From Alphaproteobacteria bacterium (lineage in GTDB: Bacteria; Pseudomonadota; Alphaproteobacteria; SP197), in assembly GCA_964291415.2 (NCBI GenBank), contig OZ219917.1:864001-928000 (forward strand): DNA of 64,000 nt, read 5' to 3'. Below are positions 18,849-28,342 of this stretch, in pieces. Position 1 is the stretch's first letter. The number at the start of each line of letters is the position of its first letter. The notes below the pieces were generated by a model that made no database searches, had not been told where the DNA came from, and worked only from the letters and a program-made list of their open reading frames with translations. The position numbers were made by a program, and so were the translations under genes.

Positions 18849-20015
18849 ATGACCGAACCAGCCACGGCCGGTCTCCCGGAGACCGAAGCCCAGATTCTGG
18901 CGGCGCTTGACCGTTTCCTTGTTCGCGAGGTGGAACCCCATGTCATGGCGCTGGAGGATGCCGACGAGTATCCAGGCGACATCGTCGAGGGCATGAAGGA
19001 ACTGGGACTCTTCGGCTGCGTCATTTCCGAGGAACATGGCGGCCTCGGTCTGCCGGTGACGACCTATGTGCGCATTGTCGAGCGCATCTGCGAAACCTGG
19101 ATGTCCCTGTCGGGCATCTTCAACACCCATCTCCTGATGGCCTGGATCGTCGAGAGGTTCGGCACCGCGGAACAAAAGACAACCTGGTTGCCGAAGTTCG
19201 CCAGCGGCGAGATCCGGGGCGGCCTGGCGCTGACCGAACCTGGATGCGGCACGGACCTGCAGGCCATCCGGACGCGCGCGCTGCGGGACGGGACGGACTA
19301 CGTGGTGAACGGGACCAAGACATGGATCACCAACGGCTACCACGGCGACTGCGTCGCGCTGCTGGTCAAGACCGACATGGAGGCCGAACCGCGCCACCGG
19401 GGAATCAGTCTCTTCCTTGCGCAAAAGGGCGAGGGTTTCACGGCCAGCCGCAAGCTCCGCAAGCTCGGCTATCGCGGTATCGACACGGCGGAGCTCGTGT
19501 TCGAGGACTTCAGGATTCCTCAAGACCGACTGATCGGGGGCAGGGAAGGTCTTGGTCTCAAGCAGGCCCTCGGCGCCCTCGAACTCGGCCGCATCAATGT
19601 CGCCGCGCGCGGTGTCGGTGTGGCCGGGCGGGCCCTTGATCTCGCCGTGGCCTACGCGAAGCAGCGCGAGACATTCGGAAAGGCGATCGCCAATCACCAG
19701 GCGATCCAGATCAAGCTTGCCGACATGGCGACCAGGCTCGAGGCGTCGCGGCATCTCACCCGGTCCGCGGCTGCGGCGTTCGACGCCGGGGAACGGTGCG
19801 ACATGGAGGCAGGCATGGCCAAGTTGCATGCTACCGAGACCGCGCTCTTCAATGCCACGGAATCCATGCGCATCCATGGCGCCTACGGCTATTCGAAGGA
19901 GTTCGAGATCGAGCGCCTCTACCGGGACGCCCCCCTGCTCGTCATCGGAGAGGGAACGAACGAACTTCAGCGGATCGTCATCGCCCGCCAGCTTGTCGCC
20001 CGCCATCCGGACTGA
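18849..20015 (+). CDS. Acyl-CoA dehydrogenase
   Basis: ALTEPGCGTD, NGTKTWITN, HGAYGYSKEFEIERLYRDA..IGEGTNELQR. Confidence 0.95.
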   Translation: MTEPATAGLPETEAQILAALDRFLVREVEPHVMALEDADEYPGDIVEGMKELGLFGCVISEEHGGLGLPVTTYVRIVERICETWMSLSGIFNTHLLMAWIVERFGTAEQKTTWLPKFASGEIRGGLALTEPGCGTDLQAIRTRALRDGTDYVVNGTKTWITNGYHGDCVALLVKTDMEAEPRHRGISLFLAQKGEGFTASRKLRKLGYRGIDTAELVFEDFRIPQDRLIGGREGLGLKQALGALELGRINVAARGVGVAGRALDLAVAYAKQRETFGKAIANHQAIQIKLADMATRLEASRHLTRSAAAAFDAGERCDMEAGMAKLHATETALFNATESMRIHGAYGYSKEFEIERLYRDAPLLVIGEGTNELQRIVIARQLVARHPD

Positions 20016-20022
20016 CCACATC

Positions 20023-21219
20023 ATGGCATTCCCCCTTGAAGGCGTGAGGATCCTCTCGGTCGAGCAGTACGCAGCCGGGCCCTTCGGCACCCTGGCGCTC
20101 GCCGATCTCGGCGCCGAGATCATCAGGATCGAGAACCCGGCGGATGGCGGCGACATCGGCCGGCGCGTTCGTCTCGCCGGAGAAACGTCAGGCGAGGGGA
20201 TGAGCCTGTTTCACCAGACCTTCAACAGGAACAAGAAGAGCATCACGCTCGATCTCAAGCATCCCAGGGGGCGCGAGATCCTGCATCGCCTGGTGGCCCG
20301 CGCGGACGCGGTCTTCAACAACCTGAGGGGAGATCTTCCCGAATCGCTCGGTCTCGACTACCAGGCGCTCGGCGCAGTGAAGCCGGAGATCGTCTGTGTC
20401 CACCTCTCGGCTTATGGCCGGCAGAACGAGCGCGCCGGATGGCCGGGCTACGACTATCTCATGCAGGCCGAGTGCGGCTGGCTCTCGGTGACCGGCGATC
20501 CCGGTGGCGAGCCCCAGCGCATGGGGCTTTCCCTGGTGGACTACTCTGCCGGCCTCCAGGGTGCTGTCGCCATCCTCGCCGGAATCATCGGCGCCCGGAC
20601 ATCCGCAAGGGGCGGCGATCTTGACGTCAGCCTCTTCGGCGCCGCCATCACCAGCCTGGCCTACGTCGCCACCTGGTTCCTCTCGGCGGGCGTGGAAACC
20701 GGCCGCCATCCCCGCTCGGCGCATCCCAGTCTCACGCCGAGCCAGCTGTTCCGCACCCGCGACGGCTGGATCTTCATCATGTGCAACAAGGAGAAGTTCT
20801 GGCCGAAACTGTGCGCCGCGATCGGAGAACCCGCCCTTGCTGATGATCCGGACTATGCCGGATTTGCCGAACGCCTCATCCATCGCGACCGGCTCACCGG
20901 ACTGCTCGACCAGGCGCTGGGACGACGGACCACGAACGAATGGATGTCGGTGTTCTCCGGCGAGGTGCCTGCCGCACCGGTGCACGACGTCAAGGGCGCT
21001 CTCGACAGCCCCTTTGCGCGCGACAGCGGTTACATCCTCGCCTGCGAGACGTCCACCGGGACGCCTGTCACGGCTCCCGGCCCCGCCGTGCGGGTTGCCG
21101 GCAGCAGATCGCTGAGGGAACCAGCACCGGATCTTGCCCGCGATCTGGAGGCGGTGATGGCCGAAGTCGGCATAGATGGGGACGAACTTGCCGCCCTTCG
21201 GGAGGCGGGCGTCGTCTGA
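20023..21219 (+). CDS. CaiB/BaiF family III CoA-transferase
   Basis: AGPFGTLALADLGAEIIRIE, NRNKKSITLDLK, GYD. Start at ATG 20023. Confidence 0.93.
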   Translation: MAFPLEGVRILSVEQYAAGPFGTLALADLGAEIIRIENPADGGDIGRRVRLAGETSGEGMSLFHQTFNRNKKSITLDLKHPRGREILHRLVARADAVFNNLRGDLPESLGLDYQALGAVKPEIVCVHLSAYGRQNERAGWPGYDYLMQAECGWLSVTGDPGGEPQRMGLSLVDYSAGLQGAVAILAGIIGARTSARGGDLDVSLFGAAITSLAYVATWFLSAGVETGRHPRSAHPSLTPSQLFRTRDGWIFIMCNKEKFWPKLCAAIGEPALADDPDYAGFAERLIHRDRLTGLLDQALGRRTTNEWMSVFSGEVPAAPVHDVKGALDSPFARDSGYILACETSTGTPVTAPGPAVRVAGSRSLREPAPDLARDLEAVMAEVGIDGDELAALREAGVV

Positions 21220-21560
21220 GTGTTGGTGTCTCCGGCGTGCGTCACCCGGAGGCGGGTGTCGCGCCACGACAAGGCTGTCGACCGAGAACGAAGTCGAGAC
21301 CGCAAGGAAGCAAATCGTTCCTCTTTCGCGGGATGTGGTCGCCTCCGTCCTCGGGAACGGACCGATCGAGGGCGATGAACCGGGATGCGTGTGCGACGGA
21401 GACTTTCAGCAAACCCATCAATCCCAAGGGCAACAGCACGTTTCCCGCTGTGCGGATGGCCACCGCAATCCGACTGGAAGCTCAGATCCTTGCCCCTCAC
21501 CCTCTGGAAGCGTCTGGTCGAACTTACCCGGATAGGCGTATCACAAGACAGAACCAGTCA

Positions 21561-21986
21561 TTACGTCCCTACATGATCTGCCAGCATCATCACGGCCTCG
21601 CCGTGCTCGGTCGGCGCCACGGCCGTCACGAATCGACGGTCCGCCGTCACAACCGTTGCGCCGATGCGGTGCGCGAGCGCGAGATACACGCAATCGTAGA
21701 CCGGATGGTCGAGGGCCAGCGCCAGGCGCATCGCATCGGCGGAGACGGTCTCGTCGTCGTTCCAGCGTACCGGCATGTCGGCAAGCAAGGCCATGGCGGC
21801 GCCGGCATCGGCGCGCTCGATCTGCCCCACCCGCGCCTTGCGCCTCAGCACATTGGCAACCTCGGAAGCCATCAGGCGCGGTGCGTGCAACTCCTGCCCG
21901 CTCGCCGCCAGTTGGTCCGCAACATCCGCGTCTTCTTCGGCGACCAGCCACTTGACCGCCACGCTTGCATCGACGACGAGACGCAT
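21561..21986 (-). CDS. vapC: PIN-domain toxin, VapC family
   Basis: MRLVVDASVAVKW, EVAN, YDCVYLALA, VTADRRF. Confidence 0.9.
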   Translation of the reverse strand: MRLVVDASVAVKWLVAEEDADVADQLAASGQELHAPRLMASEVANVLRRKARVGQIERADAGAAMALLADMPVRWNDDETVSADAMRLALALDHPVYDCVYLALAHRIGATVVTADRRFVTAVAPTEHGEAVMMLADHVGT

Positions 21987-22246
21987 CAAAAGTCGTCGCG
22001 ATGGCCGTGGTCGCGGTCCTCGCGAATCAGCACTTCCGCCGGCGTGTGCTTGCGGCCCTTGGTCTTCTTCCGCAGCCGGCGCGAGGCTTCCAGGAACCTG
22101 GCGCGCTTCGCCGCCATGTCGTCGTCGGCAGCGCATTCCAGGATGTGGCGCACCTCGCCCTCCAGGGAGCGATTGTTCGACGATGCGCGCCGCTTGAGAC
22201 GGTTCACCACGTCATCGTCAAGTTGCCGGACGTTGATCGTCGCCAT
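21986..22246 (-). CDS. FitA-like ribbon-helix-helix antitoxin
   Basis: MATINVRQLDDDVVNRLKRRASSNNRSLEGEVRHIL; its stop overlaps the vapC start. Confidence 0.9.
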   Translation of the reverse strand: MATINVRQLDDDVVNRLKRRASSNNRSLEGEVRHILECAADDDMAAKRARFLEASRRLRKKTKGRKHTPAEVLIREDRDHGHRDDF

Positions 22247-22263
22247 CGTTTTGCCTTCAGATG

Positions 22264-22282
22264 TGATAGCAAAGTGGTATCA
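22264..22282. promoter_or_regulatory. Putative FitA-type operator
   Basis: Inverted repeat TGATAGCA-aag-TGGTATCA 17 bp upstream of the antitoxin start. TGATAGCA equals the Neisseria FitA half-site. Confidence 0.6.
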
Positions 22283-22319
22283 GGCTGTTGCAACGCCTGC
22301 AAGCCCCAATGACGGGGCT

Positions 22320-22593
22320 GTCGAAGTGCCGGACGCGATGCTCCTCACGTCGAGGACAATGAAATCGCGCGCCGATAGCGACGAACACCATGGCTGCCGC
22401 CGCATCACCATGCGGTTCCCTCCATGTGTGATCAGCTCGGAATCGAACACCAGGCGTGCGGCGGCGATATCCGGCAGGCGAGAGGAGAGGCTGTTTCACC
22501 AGATCATCAACAGGAACCAGAAGAGCATCACGTTTGATCTCAGGCATCCCCGGGGATGCGAGGCTCCGCATCGTCTGGTTGTTCGCGCAGACG
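22320..22593 (+). repeat. Decayed copy of the acyl-CoA dehydrogenase 3' end / caiB 5' region
   Basis: 22491-22593 aligns ungapped to 20206-20308 with 85/103 identities (hand count). Upstream DAMLL..NEI-like remnants resemble the end of the acyl-CoA dehydrogenase. Confidence 0.8.
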
Positions 22594-22800
22594 ATCCTTC
22601 CGCACTGTCGCAACGACCTCGTCGAACTGCCGGTCACGATCGTCAGGAAACCGCCAGACATCGGTCAATTCAGGCGTTCACCGGTAGCCGGCGAGAAGTA
22701 TGAAACCCCGTCGAGATTGACGGCGAGGTCACGAGTCGAACCCCGCCGGACCGTGGTGTCGGACTGGAGGAACGCCGTGACCTGCCTGCCGCCCTTGGTG

Positions 22801-23442
22801 TCACGCGATGAGGTAGGTGTGCTCCACGAGTTGGGTGACACCACGTTTTCGCAAGTCCGAGCGGGCGATGATGTCTTCCTCCCCCAAGTGTCGTACCCGG
22901 CGTCGGTCGCCAAAGAGCGCACGCACGTCCGGTTCGGCCAGCGAAAAGGGGGGACCCTCGATCTCGTGCTCGGGGTAGACCATGGAGACCAGGAGTATCG
23001 GGGCGTCGAAGAGTTCGCCGAGGCGCTGCGCGTAGCGTTGCCGCACGCCCGGCGGCAACGCGACAAGGGCGGCCCGGTCGTAGACGGCCTTGACTCCTTC
23101 GAGGTCGGCAGCGTCGAGCGCGAAGAAGTCGCCGGCGAACAGGCGGAAACCGGGACTGTCGAGGACCGAGTAACGGCGGTGTTGCGTCTCGGTGAAATCG
23201 CGACCATGAGCCTCCAGGAATGTGCGTCCGGCAAGTGGGCTGAGGTCAACGCCGAGAACTTCGAGCCCCTGTTCATGGAGCCACCACATGTCCTCCGCCT
23301 TCCCGCACAAGGGCACGAATACCCTCTCGCCGGGCTGCAGCTTCAGGCAATCGAAGTGGCGCTTCAGCGCCGCGTTGACCGCGCCCTCGTGCCATGGGGT
23401 ACTGCCCTCCTGCCAGCGCTCCAGCCAGAACTCGTCCTTCAT
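22801..23442 (-). CDS. tpm: Thiopurine S-methyltransferase family
   Basis: FWLERW, RVFVPLCGKAEDM, GDFFAL, YDRAALVALP, GPPFS. Confidence 0.92.
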   Translation of the reverse strand: MKDEFWLERWQEGSTPWHEGAVNAALKRHFDCLKLQPGERVFVPLCGKAEDMWWLHEQGLEVLGVDLSPLAGRTFLEAHGRDFTETQHRRYSVLDSPGFRLFAGDFFALDAADLEGVKAVYDRAALVALPPGVRQRYAQRLGELFDAPILLVSMVYPEHEIEGPPFSLAEPDVRALFGDRRRVRHLGEEDIIARSDLRKRGVTQLVEHTYLIA

Positions 23443-23501
23443 GGGTCGGCCCCTCCAGCGCCCGCAAGCCTACACTCCCGGAGAATCACGACAGCGCTTG
23501 C

Positions 23502-23612
23502 CTGCCGGCCGACCAGCGTCAGTCCTTCGCCGATCAGCGACCCGTCGTTCGCAATCCAGTCTTCGACATGCTTCTCAAAACCGACGTGGGAGCACTTGAT
23601 TCTCTTCGGTGC
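23502..23612 (-). pseudogene. N-terminal fragment of a NucS/DUF91-like endonuclease
   Basis: FEKHVEDWIANDGSLIGEGLTLVGRQ, then similarity ends before the expected catalytic D. Confidence 0.55.
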
Positions 23613-23788
23613 CGGCGGTCGCGCGTCTTCTTTGCCGCCCTTTCGGCATATGCTCCACGCTGCAAGTCTCGCCATCACCGCCTCCTGTCAACGCCGTTCC
23701 CGACGCCGCCACCCCTGGCCTCCCGATCGACGGGCTTACAGTAGCCGGGACACCATGCACATGTCCTCCGTATCGCCGACAGCACCGT

Positions 23789-24735
23789 TCAGCTGTTTCG
23801 GCTATCGGACCCGTCGTTTCCATCGGGGAATTCCTTGCTGGCGATGGCCGTGAACCAGTCGGAATCCTCGTTCTGCCGCACGGTCCAGAATTCGTCGCTC
23901 ACCATCTCGCCGTCGGGGGTGTTGATGCCGAGATTGAGGTAGAAGTCCATGTCTCCGGATTTTCTGGCGTTGTACATGAGGACGGCGGTTCCGCCGGGCC
24001 TGAGAAGCCAGCGGATCTTGCAGGAGAGAAGGTCGGGTTCGCCGATATGGGAGGCCACGCCGAAGAGACCGACGACAAGGTCGAACGTCTGTCGCGGCTT
24101 CGGCCAGTAGTCCTCGAAGGAGGTCCGGATCAGACGGCCGTTGAATTCGGGGTGCTTGTCCTGGAACACACCGAGCATCCCCCGGCTGGGATCGATGCCG
24201 ACATAGCGCTCCGGCCGGATGTCCTGGAAAGCGGAAATCGACGAGGGATCCGGTGCCGCAGCCGATGTCGAGAATGTCGGTTCCAGGTCGAGATCTCCAG
24301 GGCGTCGTAAACCCGCTGGCTGCGCTCGACGTCCGCCTTCGTCTTGTGGATAGCGAGGTCGTAGACGTCGCAAATCCCCGCATAGGGATCGAACGGCAGT
24401 GCATGAATGGCCCGGTTGACGAGGATGTGATCGAGGCTTGCCCCCATCGTCCAGTACTTGTAGCCGTTCGCGCAGAAGCGACGATACCAGTGGCCTCTGA
24501 AGAACTCCTCGATCCGTTCCACTGCCCTCATTTTCCGGAGAGCCTCGACGAACTCCTCATCGTTTCCCCACGTCTCCTTGTGGGTATACGAATGGGGCGC
24601 GCCGGGCATCGTCCTGGCAAAGCGGTACGCGTGCGTCTCCAGAAGCCCGGTCAGTTCCGCGCAGGTGTCGAAGACCTCGGAGCTCCAGTTGGGTGCGGTC
24701 TCGATTGGACGAAACCTCTCGTCATGGCCGGTCAT
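23789..24735 (-). pseudogene. Unknown N-terminal domain fused to a class I SAM methyltransferase, two +1 frameshifts
   Basis: Three frames join as ..VYDALEI / RPGTDILDIGCGTGSLVDFR / FQDIRPERYVGIDPSRGML..FDLVVGLFG..LLRPGG. Removing one base near 24291 and one near 24229 gives 314 aa. Confidence 0.75.
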
Positions 24736-24839
24736 GGCTTGCGATCCCCGAACTGGCATCCGTGCGTCTCCGGCATATTCCGCCGCGTGATGTTGACGGA
24801 AGAGTGGAGAGGCCTGGAACAGTTGCCTCCTTCGGCAAC

Positions 24840-24938
24840 TCGCTCAGCCTCGGCCAGGTACCGGTTGGGGAAGTGGTAGCGACGGCTGACATCGTCGTCG
24901 TACTCGGTGAGGGGCCTCGTGTCGAAGACGCCTTTCAT
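24840..24938 (-). pseudogene. N-terminal fragment resembling an HNH restriction-endonuclease family
   Basis: MKGVFDTRPLTEYDDDVSRRYHFPNRYLAEAE (YDD....YxFPxxYL pattern); no HNH domain follows. Confidence 0.5.
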
Positions 24939-24980
24939 GAACTTCCCATTGCAGCGAGAGCAGGGGCGAACGTCGGGTGG

Positions 24981-26060
24981 TCAGAAGACGATGACGTTGC
25001 GCAGGGCCTCGCCGCGGTTGACGGCGGCGACGGCCTCGTTGATCTCGTCGAGGGGATAGGTGCGGGTGATGAGTTCGTCGAGCTTGAGCCGGCCCTCTTG
25101 GTAGAGATCGACCAGTCTCGGCACATCCACCCGGAGCCGGGTCGAGCCCATCTTGGAACCGAGAATGCGCTGACCGGAGCCGGCAATGGCCTGGGTTTCG
25201 AAGGCGGACATCTCACCGACAGCCGGCATGCCGACGATGACCGCCGTGCCGCCCGGGCGGATCACGTCGATTGCCTCTTCCATGGCCCGTGCATTGCCGA
25301 CGGTGATGAAGACGTAATCGGCTCCGCGGCCGCCGGTCAGACGTCGCACCGCTTCGCCGACGTCACCTTCGGCGCCGTTCACCGTTGCCGTGGCGCCGAA
25401 GGAGAGAGCCGATTCGAGCTTCTCGTCGAGAACGTCCACGGCGATGACCTGGCGGGCGCCGCAGATCGACGCCCCCTGGATGCTGTTGAGACCGACACCC
25501 CCGGCGCCGATGACGACGCATGTGCACCCGGCGGGCATCCGTGCCGTCGAGGCGACCGCGCCGTAGCCTGTGATGACGCCGCATGCGAGGAGGGAAGCGC
25601 TCTCCGGAGGCACGGACCGCGGCACCGTCACCACCTGCGAATGGTGCACAACCACCTCTTCGGCAAAGGCGCCGGTGCGCAGGCCCTGGAGGACCGGCGT
25701 GCCGTCCTTCCTCTTGAGGCGGCCCTTGCGGTCCACGGGGAACTCGGTTTCGCACAGGGTGGGCATACCCTGATCGCAGTAGAAGCAGTTGCCGCAGGAC
25801 CGGATCAGGGTCACGATCACCAGATCGCCAACTCCGGGAGAGTCAACCCCTGGTCCCGTGGCGATCACCTCGCCGGACGCCTCGTGGCCGTAGACCGCCG
25901 GCAGCGTGCCGCCCCAGGCTCCTTCCATGTAGTGGATGTCACTGTGGCAGATGGCGCAGGCGGCGACCTTCACGCGAAGTTCGCCGGCCTGCGGCGGATC
26001 AAGATCAAGATCCTCGACAACCAGAGGCTCGCCGAAGGCGCGGCACACGGCGGCCTTCAT
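24981..26060 (-). CDS. Zn-dependent alcohol dehydrogenase (MDR), paralog of 15506-16582
   Basis: CHSDIH, GHEASG, CGNCFYC, GAGGVG. Confidence 0.92.
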   Translation of the reverse strand: MKAAVCRAFGEPLVVEDLDLDPPQAGELRVKVAACAICHSDIHYMEGAWGGTLPAVYGHEASGEVIATGPGVDSPGVGDLVIVTLIRSCGNCFYCDQGMPTLCETEFPVDRKGRLKRKDGTPVLQGLRTGAFAEEVVVHHSQVVTVPRSVPPESASLLACGVITGYGAVASTARMPAGCTCVVIGAGGVGLNSIQGASICGARQVIAVDVLDEKLESALSFGATATVNGAEGDVGEAVRRLTGGRGADYVFITVGNARAMEEAIDVIRPGGTAVIVGMPAVGEMSAFETQAIAGSGQRILGSKMGSTRLRVDVPRLVDLYQEGRLKLDELITRTYPLDEINEAVAAVNRGEALRNVIVF

Positions 26061-26083
26061 GGCGATGCCTCCTTACGCGAACG

Positions 26084-27175
26084 CTACCCTCCGGCCCGGA
26101 CCTCCTGATAGAGGTTCTCGTACTTGCTCTCGAACTCGGGCTGGAGAGCCGGGAAGAAGATCGTGTTGGCGATCAGCGACTCCGGATCGGAAAAGCCGAG
26201 CTGTTCCAGGCGCTCCTCGGGCACCAGGTCGTAGGCCGCGAGATTGGCGCTGCCGTACCCGTAGTTGTCGATCAGCCAGGCGCCCGATTCCGGAGAGATC
26301 CAGGCGTCGATGTAGGTGTAGACGGCCTCGAGGTCCGTCGCATCCTTGTGGATGATGAAGCCCGAACCCCAGGCGAAGATGCCTTCCTTGGGCACCATGT
26401 AGCCGACGGGAATGTTCTCGTTCTGCAGGTTCACGAAGGACTGGTTCCAAGCATAGGCGGCGACAATCTCGCCGGCGGCGATCGCCTGTTCCATCAGCGT
26501 GACGTCCGACCAGTAGAAGCGTGTCAGGTCGCGCTGCTTGGACATCAGCTTCTGGACCTCGGCGAGCTGGTCATCCGACAGCGTCCACAGGTTCTCGTAA
26601 CCCAGAACGAGAGCGGCGGTTGCGACGGTGGCCGCCGCCGTGTCGTACCAGCCCAGGCGATTCTTGTATCGTTCGTCGTAGATGAGTTGCCAGGAGTTCT
26701 CCTCCAGGTACCCCTCGTCAACGAGATCGGTGCGATAGAGCAGCGACGAGTTGCCGAACTCCGCTGGCACGAACCAGCGGGTACCGTCGATGATGGAGCC
26801 GTCGATGTCGGCGATGCCGGGTGCGACGGTCGACCAGTTGGCGAGCCGGCTGGTGTCGACCGGCTGGATCAGTCCGGCATCGTAGTACCGCTGGATCATG
26901 TAGTTCCCGGGATGGATGAAGTCCGGCGCAAAGCCGGCGCGGATCTTCTCGAAGGACTCGTCGTCCGACGCAATGTAGCTGAACTCGGGCGGGCCGCCGT
27001 ACTTGTCGATGTAGCCGCCCATCAGCTCGGGCAGGTCGTACCCGGCCCATGTGTGACCCGAAATTTCCCCGGCGGCGCGGGCGCTGCGCGACACGATGGG
27101 CCAGCTCACGATGCCGACGCCGACTGCGGCCATCGCCTTCGCCAGTTCGCGCCTGTTCATGGCCATGTCTTTCAT
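26084..27175 (-). CDS. PotD/PotF-like ABC solute-binding protein with Tat signal (no permeases adjacent)
   Basis: NRRELAKA twin-arginine leader, TWAGYD, GEIVAAYAW, PKEG. GAGGAGG RBS before ATG 27175. Confidence 0.85.
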   Translation of the reverse strand: MKDMAMNRRELAKAMAAVGVGIVSWPIVSRSARAAGEISGHTWAGYDLPELMGGYIDKYGGPPEFSYIASDDESFEKIRAGFAPDFIHPGNYMIQRYYDAGLIQPVDTSRLANWSTVAPGIADIDGSIIDGTRWFVPAEFGNSSLLYRTDLVDEGYLEENSWQLIYDERYKNRLGWYDTAAATVATAALVLGYENLWTLSDDQLAEVQKLMSKQRDLTRFYWSDVTLMEQAIAAGEIVAAYAWNQSFVNLQNENIPVGYMVPKEGIFAWGSGFIIHKDATDLEAVYTYIDAWISPESGAWLIDNYGYGSANLAAYDLVPEERLEQLGFSDPESLIANTIFFPALQPEFESKYENLYQEVRAGG

Positions 27176-27244
27176 GATCATCCTCCTCAAGTCCCGATCA
27201 CATGCGGCTTGCGGGCAATCCCTGCAAGGGTTCTCTTGCAAACC

Positions 27245-27319
27245 TGGAGCGGGCGATGGGATTCGAACCCACGACCCCAACCTTGGCAAGGTTGTGCTCT
27301 ACCCCTGAGCTACGCCCGC
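27245..27319 (-). tRNA. tRNA-Gly (GCC)
   Basis: GCGGGCGTAGCTCAGGGGTAGAGCACAACCTTGCCAAGGTTGGGGTCGTGGGTTCGAATCCCATCGCCCGCTCCA. Confidence 0.98.
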
Positions 27320-27429
27320 CCGGTCACAAGCCGGAGAGCATCCCTACACCAGGGCCGCCCGCAGTCGCAAGCACATTGCGCGGGCCGGGGCGTTGAGGCG
27401 AAGATGGGACGGGAAGCAGATTCCGGAGT

Positions 27430-28290
27430 GTGCCGCCCGTGACAGCCGCCAGGTCGAGACGCAGTTTCATTTTCATGCCCGGTCTCAAGCCCGGGATGTT
27501 TCCCAAGGCGGTCTCGTCGGGGGCCGATATCGTGTGCATCGATCTCGAGGACGCGATCCATCCGCGCGACAAGGCGAGTGCGCGGGAACGCACCTTCGAA
27601 CTCCTCGCGTCGCGCCCCGAGTCCGGCGCCGCCGAGGTTGTCCTGCGGATCAACTCCCTTGCCTCGAGCGAGGGCCTCAAGGACCTCGCCGCGGTGATCG
27701 ATGCCGGCCGGTGCGGTCCACCCTCCCTGATGCTCCCCAAGGTGGCCAGCCGGGAAGAGGTCGCCCTGGTTGCCGACCACCTCGATGCGGCCGGTCTCGA
27801 GACCACGCTGCACGTCATCATCGAATCCGCCGAAGGGCTGGAGAACGCCGCCGCCATCGCTCGGTCGGGCCCGCGGCTGCAGTCGCTCTTCTTCGGCGCC
27901 GTCGACTATTCCTCCGACATCGGAGCCAGCAACACGTGGGAAGCGATGCTCTTCGCGCGTTCCAGGGTCGTCCAGGCGGCGGCCCTGGCCGGTCTTGACG
28001 CCATCGATGTTCCCTGGCTCGATCTTGAGGACATGGCCGGCATGAAGGCTGAAGCCGAGGCGAGCCGGGCAACCGGCTTCGTCGGCAAGGGCGCCATTCA
28101 CCCTCGCCAGATCCCTGTCATCCACGACGTGTTCAGTCCGTCACCCGGCGACATCGAGGAGGCGCGGCGCATCGTGAAGGCCTTCGACGAGGCCGCCACG
28201 GGTCTGGTGGTGATCGACGGCAAGCTCATTGAAAGACCCGTCCTGAGGGCCATGGAACGCGTTCTCGAACGGGCCCGGCGCATGGGCTGA
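27430..28290 (+). CDS. CitE/HpcH family CoA-ester lyase
   Basis: RRSFIFMPG, DLEDAI, RIN, IIESAEG, FGAVDY, GKGAIHPRQI, DGKLIE. Confidence 0.9.
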   Translation: MPPVTAARSRRSFIFMPGLKPGMFPKAVSSGADIVCIDLEDAIHPRDKASARERTFELLASRPESGAAEVVLRINSLASSEGLKDLAAVIDAGRCGPPSLMLPKVASREEVALVADHLDAAGLETTLHVIIESAEGLENAAAIARSGPRLQSLFFGAVDYSSDIGASNTWEAMLFARSRVVQAAALAGLDAIDVPWLDLEDMAGMKAEAEASRATGFVGKGAIHPRQIPVIHDVFSPSPGDIEEARRIVKAFDEAATGLVVIDGKLIERPVLRAMERVLERARRMG

Positions 28291-28342
28291 TTTCGGTCCG
28301 CCCGGGCGACATAATGAACTGAATCGATGATGGAGTGATCCC

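Noticed and set aside
15506-26060. Two Zn-ADH genes as direct repeats bounding an island
   Set aside because: The proteins are clearly diverged paralogs, not a recent duplication.
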